Part shown: positions 1-7,492 of the stretch, piece after piece | How the letters are laid out: the number at the start of each line of letters is the position of its first letter | Numbering within the stretch: the first letter of the stretch is position 1 | Assembly: GCA_040235515.1 (NCBI GenBank) | Contig: JBECKX010000066.1 | Span: forward strand, 1-19,355 | DNA from: Candidatus Zixiibacteriota bacterium | GTDB lineage: Bacteria > Zixibacteria > MSB-5A5 > CAIYYT01 | Reading direction: 5' to 3' | Length of the DNA stretch: 19,355 nucleotides | The notes under the pieces: generated by a model | Seen by the model: the letters and a program-made list of their open reading frames with translations, nothing else | Told to the model about the DNA's origin: nothing | Database searches by the model: none | Made by a program: the position numbers and the translations under genes

Positions 1-1
1 G

Positions 2-532
2 CGCGTTAACTTCCCGGCGCTCAGCGATGAATTCGTTCGCCAATATATTCGGGAGCATCTCGAGCTTTCCGATGCGCAGGTTACTACCTTCACGCGCCTG
101 GCCGGTGGCTCGCTCAACAACCTCGCAGCGTTGAATCAGGGCGAACTCCTGGAGGGCAGAGATAGCTGCTGGAAGATCATGCAGGATGCTTTCACTACCT
201 CGCCGCCCAACTTGCTGATCAAGCATGGTGAGAATGCTCAAATAGCGTTTCGGGAGGGTGCCGAACGTGCCTGCAGGCACTGGCAAATGTTTCTGCGCGA
301 CACACTGCTGCTGAATTCCGCTGATTCAGCCGAGGGAGTTTCCGATCAACTGTTCTATCCTGATCTGGAGTCGGGGTATCGGTCGCTGCTCTCGTCGATT
401 GGTGATGCCGGCAGACTATTCTATTCGATCGAAAAAATCGAAACAACGATGCAGGAACTCCGCCGCAACGTCAATCCTCGCATGGCTGCGCTCAACTTCC
501 TCGCCGATGTGAGTCAATCCGCTAAACCCTGA
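2..532 (+). CDS. holB: DNA polymerase III subunit delta' (5'-truncated by the window edge)
   Basis: The frame is open from base 2 (RVNFPALSDEFVRQYI...TRLAGGSLNNL) into the listed 131..532 ORF. The 'xxFPAL' strand, the 'LAGGS' motif and the C-terminal 'LRRNVNPRMA' are typical of the HolB C-terminal half. Stop TGA at 530-532. Confidence 0.75.
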   Translation, partial: RVNFPALSDEFVRQYIREHLELSDAQVTTFTRLAGGSLNNLAALNQGELLEGRDSCWKIMQDAFTTSPPNLLIKHGENAQIAFREGAERACRHWQMFLRDTLLLNSADSAEGVSDQLFYPDLESGYRSLLSSIGDAGRLFYSIEKIETTMQELRRNVNPRMAALNFLADVSQSAKP

Positions 533-571
533 TACGGCGATTCCTCAAGCGGGAACGTTATGGTATCCCTG

Positions 572-610
572 AAAAAGTAAGAGGATGCCGGCTCATCTCC
601 GACATCCTCT
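572..610 (-). terminator. Intrinsic terminator of the lipoprotein gene
   Basis: Minus strand reads AGAGGATGTCGG-AGATGAG-CCGGCATCCTCT (12-bp stem with one G-U pair) followed by TACTTTTT, about 100 bp past the lipoprotein stop. Confidence 0.7.
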
Positions 611-713
611 CCCAGTACACCCGACTCAATTCGATGCTCGGTAGGCGGGTTACTGATCTATGTAAACGCAGGCCGCTCAAGTTGAGGCCCATGTACCTTC
701 ATTGTTGCCCGCA

Positions 714-1829
714 CTACTCCTCGTCGCAGTTTGCGTTCCACTGTCCGCGGAAGCCGCCATATCCTCTGCCGGCGTGACGACCGTTGCGGTCATCCTGACC
801 GAAATCGCCGGGTTCGAATTCATCGTCTGCAGGACCAACAGCGGGATTGCGCGCAACCCAGCCGCCCTGGAGTTCGCCAAGTTCCGCGCCTCCGGCGTCG
901 GCATAGATGCCACGGAACCAACCGAGATAGTCGGCATCAGGCATCTCGTCATTGCCATAACCCCAGGTTCCTTTCAGCAATCCCCGGAACTGGCCACCCA
1001 GGCTGATCCACTTGCCGAAGAAAACCTGCTCGCCGTCGCGCTCACCGAAGTGCCCGCGGATATGACCGGCACTGCGACCATCGGCGCCAATCCAGCGACC
1101 GTAGAAATTGCCGCGCTTGCCGTCACGTCCCTGTCGGATCCAGCGACCCTCAAGGTAACCCTCACCACATTCCAGCCGATCCAGCTTCATCGCAGTGACG
1201 GAAACCTGGTTGTTACCGACATCAACGATCTCCTGTAAATCAGCCAGTTCTGACATCGAGTAGGTCTGTGAATAAGGCTCGGTGTCAAAGGTTAGAGTAT
1301 TCTCGCTGTCGAAAGTTGACGGTTCCGGATCGTAGACATATACCAGGATTCCATCATAGGCAGGGAGGGTAAAACTCTGGAAAGCCAGCTCGGTGCGGCT
1401 GGTGCGGGGGCGAATCAGGAAGTCGCCGCCTTCAAACTTGATCAGGCGGACCGCCACGATAGCGCCCCGCTCGACACTCAGTTTGCCCGACCAGTCGGTG
1501 ACGACTGTCTCATTGGAGTCAAACTCAAGTTTACCCCAGAGGAGCTCAACAGAATAAACGTCGACTTCTGCAAGTTGCCTGATCTGCTCCACTTCCGCAG
1601 AATTCGCCATCGGATCGTTCGCTGACTCATCCTCACCCAACGCTACAATATCAGCATCGCCAAACGCGGGTGACTCATCTGTGGCCTTATAACCACCAAA
1701 CTCATCCGTAAGATTGAGTTCAGGCTCCTCGGCAGGGGCTGAAGTTGTGCTGTCTCCGGAGCAACCAACCACAACCAGCATCAGTGCGACTGGCACCATG
1801 ATCGCCAGAATTCGCTTAATAGATTTCAT
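714..1829 (-). CDS. Hypothetical lipoprotein (371 aa) with a C-terminal Gly/aromatic beta-strand repeat domain
   Basis: RBS AGGAG upstream of ATG. Signal peptide MKSIKRILAIMVPVALMLVVVG-C with lipobox Cys23, then a Ser/Thr/acidic tether. C-terminal repeats of G-x-(F/L/I)-x-G-x-(W/F/Y). Confidence 0.85.
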   Translation of the reverse strand: MKSIKRILAIMVPVALMLVVVGCSGDSTTSAPAEEPELNLTDEFGGYKATDESPAFGDADIVALGEDESANDPMANSAEVEQIRQLAEVDVYSVELLWGKLEFDSNETVVTDWSGKLSVERGAIVAVRLIKFEGGDFLIRPRTSRTELAFQSFTLPAYDGILVYVYDPEPSTFDSENTLTFDTEPYSQTYSMSELADLQEIVDVGNNQVSVTAMKLDRLECGEGYLEGRWIRQGRDGKRGNFYGRWIGADGRSAGHIRGHFGERDGEQVFFGKWISLGGQFRGLLKGTWGYGNDEMPDADYLGWFRGIYADAGGAELGELQGGWVARNPAVGPADDEFEPGDFGQDDRNGRHAGRGYGGFRGQWNANCDEE

Positions 1830-1884
1830 ATAAAGATCTCCTACGAATAGGTTGAATTTCCATCTTACCGCGCTTGAGTAGAGA

Positions 1885-1899
1885 TCAATTGCCGTGCCA
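1885..1899 (-). promoter_or_regulatory. Sigma54 (-24/-12) promoter for the lipoprotein gene
   Basis: Minus strand TGGCACG-GCAA-TTGA: perfect -24 box, correct spacing, -12 variant TTGA for TTGC. It lies 56 bp upstream of the ATG at 1829, and a bEBP is encoded adjacent. Confidence 0.75.
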
Positions 1900-2011
1900 A
1901 GCAGCTTTTCGACTTGTGAAGCAGAGTATAAATGCCGACTGTATAAGTAGTTAGCGGGGTGGCTGCATCCGCGGCTCCGCGCACGCCTCCGCGCATTTGC
2001 GACTGAGCCGG

Positions 2012-2057
2012 TGTACGAAATGGTCCAGATCAGTAGTTCCCTGAACCGACAGGTACA
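2012..2057. promoter_or_regulatory. Tandem putative upstream activator sites (UAS) for the sigma54 activator
   Basis: TGTACG-AAAT-GGTCCA (2012-2027) and TGAACC-GACA-GGTACA (2042-2057), imperfect copies of TGTACC-N4-GGTACA, about 120 and 150 bp upstream of the -24 box at 1897-1898. Confidence 0.65.
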
Positions 2058-2120
2058 CCGTTCCTGTGCAGCAGCTGCATCGCAGGTAGCTTTCGAAATC
2101 TTTGCTGGGCGGTAATCGAG

Positions 2121-3437
2121 ATGTTTTCCAACAGACGAATCTTGACCGCAGCCATGGTCATCCTTCTGCTTTGTCTGGTTATCGGATTCAATGTCGCCCT
2201 CTACCTTCTATATCAACGCTCATTGGATGCGCTTGAGACCGGGCTGGGTGACCGGCTGCTCTCTGTCGGGAGAACTCTTGCTCCACTGGTTGAACAGGAA
2301 GTGAACAAGTCGGAGGTTGCCGGTGAATTGTCTCTCGTGAGCCTGGTGCTGCTCCAGGACTACTTCGAACAGGTTCGCGAGGAGGATGATCTTTCTGCCA
2401 TCTACTTGCTCGATCTGAACGAGAGAGACATGCTGGCGTGGGAGGACTCACTCTCTGAGATTGAGTTGCTGTTACCGTTGCACCAGCAATCACTCTCGCA
2501 GGCGTACGTCGGTTTACCCGTCACCTCCGAGCTTTACCAGGTGCAGGACCGCAGCTTCAAGGCTGCCTACCAGCCGATTGGACGCAACCCGGTGAAGGCG
2601 GTGCTGATCGTCGAAAGCAGCTTCAAGTTCTTCTCCACGCTCGAGGATTATCAGCAGTCGATCTTCCTGGTCAACTCAATCGCGCTAGCTGTATTAGTGG
2701 TGCTGGGGCTGGCGATCGTGTTGCTCAATCGCAGGTTGATTTCTACCGAGAAGCTGCTCGTATCGCAGGCCGCGCTCTCACAGATGGGGCAGATGGCGGC
2801 GATTATTGCCCACGAAGTACGCAACCCGCTGGCGATCATTAAGGCAACCGCAGAGCGGATTAAGAAAAAGTTCGGCGAGAGCGAGAGCAGTGACAGGGCG
2901 CTGCTCGATTTCATCCCTGAGGAGGTCGATCGCCTCAATCAGATCACCACACATTATCTCCAGTTTGCTTCACCCGTCGATGCTCCAGTCAAACTTGAGC
3001 CTGTGGCTGACACGGTGCGCTCGGTACTCGATGCGACCGGGCGGGAAGCCAGGCGACATGGCGTGGAACTGGTCTCCTCAATTGCTGATATAGAGGATAG
3101 GCTGGTGGATGCCACCGCGCTGCGGCAGATCGTGATCAACTTGCTGCACAACGCGCTCGATGCCGTCGGCAACTCCGGCAGGGTGACTATCTCACTCACG
3201 CGGGGAACACGCGGCTCAATCAAGCTGCTAATCGAAGATACCGGCCCCGGTATTGACAACCGTGACCTGAAGAAGATATTTGATCCGTTCTACACTACGA
3301 AAGTTTCGGGGACGGGGCTTGGTCTCTTCGTCGTGAAGAGGTTGGTCGAACGCATCGCAGGCACCATTGACGTTGATTCTCAGCCGGGCAGAGGCACACG
3401 CTTCACGATAACTTTCAAAGGAAGTGAGAATGAATAG
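2121..3437 (+). CDS. Membrane sensor histidine kinase (2 TM, periplasmic sensor, HisKA, HATPase_c)
   Basis: Two hydrophobic segments flank an approximately 150-aa extracytoplasmic region. H-box AHEVRNPL, N-box NLLHNALDA, G1 DTGPGI, F-box FDPFYTTK, G2 GTGLGL. Confidence 0.95.
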   Translation: MFSNRRILTAAMVILLLCLVIGFNVALYLLYQRSLDALETGLGDRLLSVGRTLAPLVEQEVNKSEVAGELSLVSLVLLQDYFEQVREEDDLSAIYLLDLNERDMLAWEDSLSEIELLLPLHQQSLSQAYVGLPVTSELYQVQDRSFKAAYQPIGRNPVKAVLIVESSFKFFSTLEDYQQSIFLVNSIALAVLVVLGLAIVLLNRRLISTEKLLVSQAALSQMGQMAAIIAHEVRNPLAIIKATAERIKKKFGESESSDRALLDFIPEEVDRLNQITTHYLQFASPVDAPVKLEPVADTVRSVLDATGREARRHGVELVSSIADIEDRLVDATALRQIVINLLHNALDAVGNSGRVTISLTRGTRGSIKLLIEDTGPGIDNRDLKKIFDPFYTTKVSGTGLGLFVVKRLVERIAGTIDVDSQPGRGTRFTITFKGSENE

Positions 3438-4767
3438 TATTCTCGTCATTGATGATGAAGAACGAATGGCTTTGCTGGTCGCATCGACTCTCGAAGATGC
3501 CGGCTATCAGGTGACCTCTGAGACCAACAGCAGCAAGGCGGCTGAACTGATCACGAAACGTGGCTTTGACCTGGTTATCACTGATCTGAAGATGGAGCCA
3601 CTCGATGGGTTGGCAATTCTGGAGAAGGTCAAGGCTGAGCAGCCGGAGTGCGGCGTTATCCTGATGACTGCGTTTGCATCCGCCGAGTCCGCCGTCACCG
3701 CGATGAAGCAGGGGGCCTATGACTACATCATCAAACCATTCTCCCTCGATGAATTGGTGATCCTTGCCGAGAGATTCCTGAAATCGCGCCGCACCGAATC
3801 CCTCAATGAGCAATTGAGAAGCGATTACGAGCGAGTCGCGTTCGGTGAGTTAGTCGGAGAATCTGCGGGTGTCCACAAGCTCTTTGATCTTGTCGATAAA
3901 GTCGCCAAGCGTGAGTCAACGGTCTTGCTCCTGGGAGAATCGGGCACCGGCAAGGAACTGGTGGCCAATCTGATACACAAGCGCTCACCTCGCGCCGGCG
4001 GGCCGTTCATTGCCCTCAATTGTGCGGCACTGACCGAAACGCTGCTGGAGTCAGAGCTGTTCGGGCACGAGAAGGGCGCTTTCACCGGAGCCGTCAAACG
4101 CAAACCGGGACGATTCGAACTGGCTGCCGCAGGCACGCTCTTTCTGGACGAAATCGGCGAAATCTCACCGGCGATGCAGGCCAAGCTGCTTCGTGTCCTT
4201 GAACTAGGTCAGTTTGTTCGCGTGGGCGGGACAGAACAACTGCAGTCAGACGCCCGCATTGTCGCAGCCACAAATCGTGATCTCAAACAGGAGATGGAGA
4301 AGGGGAGATTCCGGGAGGATCTCTACTTCCGTCTCAGCGTTTTTCCGATTGAAGTGCCACCTCTTCGAAATCGCAAAGAGGATATCCCCCTCCTCGCACG
4401 ACATTTCCTCGATCGGCTCGGTTATGCGCATGGCCGGCTCTCCGCCGATTGTGAACGGCTGCTCTCCGCATATCCCTTTCCGGGCAATGTCCGCGAACTG
4501 AAGAACCTGATCGAGCGTGCCTTTATTCTGGCCGATGGCGAGGAGATATCCCCCGATTTGCTGGGAATAGATGCCGAGGAGGAAACCACCATCGATACGG
4601 AGGTTGGCCTCACCCAGAATGAACGCCGTATGATTGTCGATGCGCTCAATAAGTGTGATGGAAACAAGACTCGCGCTGCGGAGTCGCTCAAGATCACCCG
4701 GCGCAGGCTTTACTCCCGCATGAAGATATATGAGATCAAGGCTGGCCCTGACGGTACATTTGAGTGA
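3430..4767 (+). CDS. Sigma54-dependent response regulator (NtrC/AtoC/ZraR family; REC, AAA+, Fis HTH)
   Basis: REC motifs ILVIDDE, DLVITDLKM and KPF; Walker A GESGTGKE; GAFTGA loop; Walker B LFLDEI; FPGNVREL; HTH NKTRAAESLKITRRRLY. ATG 3430 overlaps the kinase end (GTG 3424 is an alternative start). Confidence 0.96.
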   Translation: MNSILVIDDEERMALLVASTLEDAGYQVTSETNSSKAAELITKRGFDLVITDLKMEPLDGLAILEKVKAEQPECGVILMTAFASAESAVTAMKQGAYDYIIKPFSLDELVILAERFLKSRRTESLNEQLRSDYERVAFGELVGESAGVHKLFDLVDKVAKRESTVLLLGESGTGKELVANLIHKRSPRAGGPFIALNCAALTETLLESELFGHEKGAFTGAVKRKPGRFELAAAGTLFLDEIGEISPAMQAKLLRVLELGQFVRVGGTEQLQSDARIVAATNRDLKQEMEKGRFREDLYFRLSVFPIEVPPLRNRKEDIPLLARHFLDRLGYAHGRLSADCERLLSAYPFPGNVRELKNLIERAFILADGEEISPDLLGIDAEEETTIDTEVGLTQNERRMIVDALNKCDGNKTRAAESLKITRRRLYSRMKIYEIKAGPDGTFE

Positions 4768-4780
4768 ACCTGCAGGTACA
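4743..4780. promoter_or_regulatory. Tandem putative upstream activator sites (UAS) for the sigma54 activator
   Basis: TGGCCC-TGAC-GGTACA (4743-4758) and TGAACC-TGCA-GGTACA (4765-4780), 22 bp apart. Same motif as 2012-2057, about 125-150 bp upstream of the -24 box at 4898-4899. Confidence 0.65.
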
Positions 4781-4896
4781 ATCTGCGGCACGAACTTAAG
4801 CTCTCCCAAAACGGTCGCCGACATGCTTCAACCCAAGCGACTGTGGAGTAAAGGGTTGCTGGAATTGTCGAGGTGGAGATTTTGCAGCCGCGCTGT

Positions 4897-4911
4897 TGGC
4901 ACGAATATTGC
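4897..4911 (+). promoter_or_regulatory. Sigma54 (-24/-12) promoter for the helical-repeat/beta-barrel operon
   Basis: TGGCACG-AATA-TTGC is an exact match to the TGGCACG-N4-TTGC consensus, intergenic and immediately upstream of ATG 4938. Confidence 0.88.
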
Positions 4912-4937
4912 CTTAACTTGTGGTAGTGAGAAATGAT

Positions 4938-6026
4938 ATGAAAACCATCAATCTGACATATCGACCGACGAGCAGCGTGACCGGCAGCGCCTTCACGCAC
5001 GGCTTGATCTGCCTGGCTCTGCTGTTACTCGTCGCGTTGCCGCTGATTACTTCACCGTTGCTAGCACAAAACATCGATCGCGAGCGGTTGAAGGAGGAGA
5101 TTGCCCGTACCGACGAGATGCTGGATCGCCTGCAGGAGCAACTGCATTCGAACAGTGATGCCAAATCGACTCAGCTCCTCCAGCAGGCAATCACACTCCA
5201 GCGGCGCGCACACGACTATTATGATGAGGGGCGCTATCTGCTAGCCTGGAATATGACCAGCAAGGCAAGAGATGCCATTAAGCGAATTCTTGGGGAATTG
5301 GTTACAGTCGATGGAGATCGTGCTCTAGTGGAGCAACAACTGGAACGCACTGACGAGTACCTGAGCCGGGCTCGTCAGTTGCTTTCCGGTGTCGATGTTC
5401 CCGGCTTGCAGATGTATGTCGAGGAGGCCTCGCGTCTGCAGGACCGCGCCCGCGATTTCTTCAGCGTCAATAATCTGCGTCAGGCCCTGCAGTTCACTCG
5501 CCGTGCCCAGGAGCTGCTTAAGAAAGCCAGCGATATCGCGGGTGACCGTGACCGTCAACAGGGCCAATTCGAAAACTATATGCAACAGACACGCGACCAA
5601 ATCGAATCGATCCGCGACTTCGTGATGGAGTCGCAGACTGAGTCCGCTCTCAAGCTGTTTGAAGTCGGCAGCGAGCAAGCCGACCGCGCACAGCAGCTCT
5701 ACGACCTTGGTCGGTTTGAGGAAGCCTTGCGCCTCCTCGCGCAGGCTCGCAGCAAGCTGAGTCAGGCAGAGAGAATAATCCAGACGGGTGATTCGCCGCA
5801 GGGCACTCTGCGCGCCATCGAATTGGCCCAGAACCGTCTCGATGTACTGCGCGAACGCGCCGAGGACGCCCGCAATCAGGAAGCCCTCGATCTGCTTGAG
5901 GAAGCCGCCGAAAAACTTGAGCGCGCCCGTAGCCTCCATTCAGAGGGCAACTATGAACGTGCGCTCGTGGTCGTACGTATCGTAATCGAGCTTAATCAGC
6001 AGGCCGCACGCATCCTGGGAGGCTAG
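4938..6026 (+). CDS. Secreted/periplasmic all-helical protein with four approximately 80-aa repeats
   Basis: Signal peptide ending LLLLVALPLITSPLLA|QN, then four helical repeats. ATG 4938 is preferred over TTG 4920 because 4920 lies at or before the predicted sigma54 transcription start (about 4923). Confidence 0.85.
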   Translation: MKTINLTYRPTSSVTGSAFTHGLICLALLLLVALPLITSPLLAQNIDRERLKEEIARTDEMLDRLQEQLHSNSDAKSTQLLQQAITLQRRAHDYYDEGRYLLAWNMTSKARDAIKRILGELVTVDGDRALVEQQLERTDEYLSRARQLLSGVDVPGLQMYVEEASRLQDRARDFFSVNNLRQALQFTRRAQELLKKASDIAGDRDRQQGQFENYMQQTRDQIESIRDFVMESQTESALKLFEVGSEQADRAQQLYDLGRFEEALRLLAQARSKLSQAERIIQTGDSPQGTLRAIELAQNRLDVLRERAEDARNQEALDLLEEAAEKLERARSLHSEGNYERALVVVRIVIELNQQAARILGG

Positions 6027-6032
6027 CGAAGC

Positions 6033-7352
6033 GTGAAAACCTCCCGGCTCAAGAGGTTTGGCGGTTCGCTTCTGATTGCACTCCTCCACCGCAGCAAACC
6101 TATCCTCGTACTTATCCCCCTCTGTTTTCCGCTCGCTCTCGACGCCCAGGAGTGGGTTTGGTCAGCCGACGCGGGATTCAACTACGACTTCATTTCACAC
6201 GACTACTATCTCCTGACAATCGACACTCTCGGCATCAGCAGCGATTCGCTGGAGGAACTCAAGCTCTACAATGATCGCATCGATGAAAAAGGCGTCAACC
6301 TCCGGCTCGCCCTGGAGAGGAACGGCGCCGCCAGGTTCACGATCGCCAACCGAATCTACCTCACCGATGAGAAGATCAGGGATCTGCTGAGTCTGCGTCT
6401 AGAATGGGGTTTGCTGCGACTTGATACCGAGACTGATCTCAAGTCTTACGGGTTCGATGATGAATTCTCTCTCTACGACGACCGCCTGCAGAACCAGTCG
6501 CGAATCAGTTTCGCCGTACTGGACCGCGACAGGTGGCGAGTTGAACTTTCCGAGGAGTTCGAGTATTCCGGCTACAGCAATCGCAGCAGCTCGGTTTATG
6601 GCTATCGCCAATACGAAACCCGTCTCCGGCTCTACCGCGATCTCGCCGATTTTTCACAGTTGAATCTGTCGCTGCGATACGACCAGCGCGATACCTATGA
6701 CTCGAGCGCGCTCGATTTCAGCCGTTTTATCGTCGAGAGCGGCATCGATCAGATCGGCAGTCAGATTTCACTCCAGGCTAATGTTTTCCTGGAGCGCAAA
6801 AACTACTCCAACTCCGCGGTTGAGAATAACTACATCTACCTTTCTCCCTACTTCGATCTTGATTGGTCACTCTCGGAGCAGTGGGCGCTGGCGCCCCGAA
6901 TCGAGCTGAACTATTATGGCTACGACAGAGAGGAATTGGCGACATTCTCGCACCTGCGCACCGACTCCGAGATGCTGCTGCAGTATCACTACTCGCTGCT
7001 CTCCTACGTCGATTTCGGCATCGGGCAGGAGTCGTTCATCGCCACGCACCGGGACCACGCCGATCAGGACTTTCATTCGGTCCAGGCACTCGCCGGGTTC
7101 GAATCGATGGCATCGACAGATTTCACAATCAGTCTCGATACCGAATTCGGGCATCGCAACTTCACCTCCGCCGAGTCCTCGTTCTACTCCGACCATTGGT
7201 TTCTGCGCTTCGATCTCTATGCCGACTGGCAGGTGGCACAGGGATTACGCCTCTCGGTAATCGGCGGCACCGATTTCGAATACCACGACAAGAAGGAAGA
7301 TGACGCCTTTCTCTACCTGCTGAGCGCCAATCTGACCTACGCCATTCACTAA
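6033..7352 (+). CDS. Predicted outer-membrane beta-barrel protein of unknown function
   Basis: GTG start 6 bp after the upstream stop; signal peptide ending PLALDA|QE. The mature part is dominated by alternating amphipathic aromatic strands (WSADAGFNYD, LNLSLRYD, ISLQANVF, FDLDWS, LRFDLYADWQ, LSANLTY). Confidence 0.75.
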   Translation: MKTSRLKRFGGSLLIALLHRSKPILVLIPLCFPLALDAQEWVWSADAGFNYDFISHDYYLLTIDTLGISSDSLEELKLYNDRIDEKGVNLRLALERNGAARFTIANRIYLTDEKIRDLLSLRLEWGLLRLDTETDLKSYGFDDEFSLYDDRLQNQSRISFAVLDRDRWRVELSEEFEYSGYSNRSSSVYGYRQYETRLRLYRDLADFSQLNLSLRYDQRDTYDSSALDFSRFIVESGIDQIGSQISLQANVFLERKNYSNSAVENNYIYLSPYFDLDWSLSEQWALAPRIELNYYGYDREELATFSHLRTDSEMLLQYHYSLLSYVDFGIGQESFIATHRDHADQDFHSVQALAGFESMASTDFTISLDTEFGHRNFTSAESSFYSDHWFLRFDLYADWQVAQGLRLSVIGGTDFEYHDKKEDDAFLYLLSANLTYAIH

Positions 7353-7404
7353 CCCGACCGCTCCCGCCATTTTCAATCCGGCTGTGGCAGCCACACCAAA
7401 GCGG

Positions 7405-7432
7405 TTGATTTATGGAAGCGATTTCCCATAAT
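7405..7432 (+). promoter_or_regulatory. Putative sigma70 promoter of pepF
   Basis: TTGATT-N16-CATAAT, 60 bp upstream of the pepF ATG. Confidence 0.5.
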
Positions 7433-7492
7433 TGTGACTGCTTGAGAGCGTATTTCGTCTGACTGAGAACTTACAGCAAGAAGGAACACTCA

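Noticed and set aside
702..1238. 178-aa plus-strand ORF with a signal-peptide-like N-terminus
   Set aside because: It is almost entirely antisense to the lipoprotein gene, which has an RBS, lipobox, promoter and terminator. Its hydrophobic look is expected from the antisense of Gly/Asp/Glu-rich codons.
4786..4801. Second sigma54-like site CGGCACGAACTTAAGC
   Set aside because: GG-to-GC spacing is 11 rather than the required 10, and there is no TTGC. The perfect site at 4897 explains the promoter.
4920..4937. TTG start at 4920 for the helical repeat protein
   Set aside because: It falls at or upstream of the expected transcription start about 12 nt after the -12 box; ATG 4938 is more plausible.
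5325..5939. 204-aa minus-strand ORF, and similar long shadow ORFs at 4246-4824, 11106-11657, 12653-13279, 13976-14548 and 17521-18174
   Set aside because: Antisense shadows of well-supported genes in GC-rich DNA, with no recognisable motifs.
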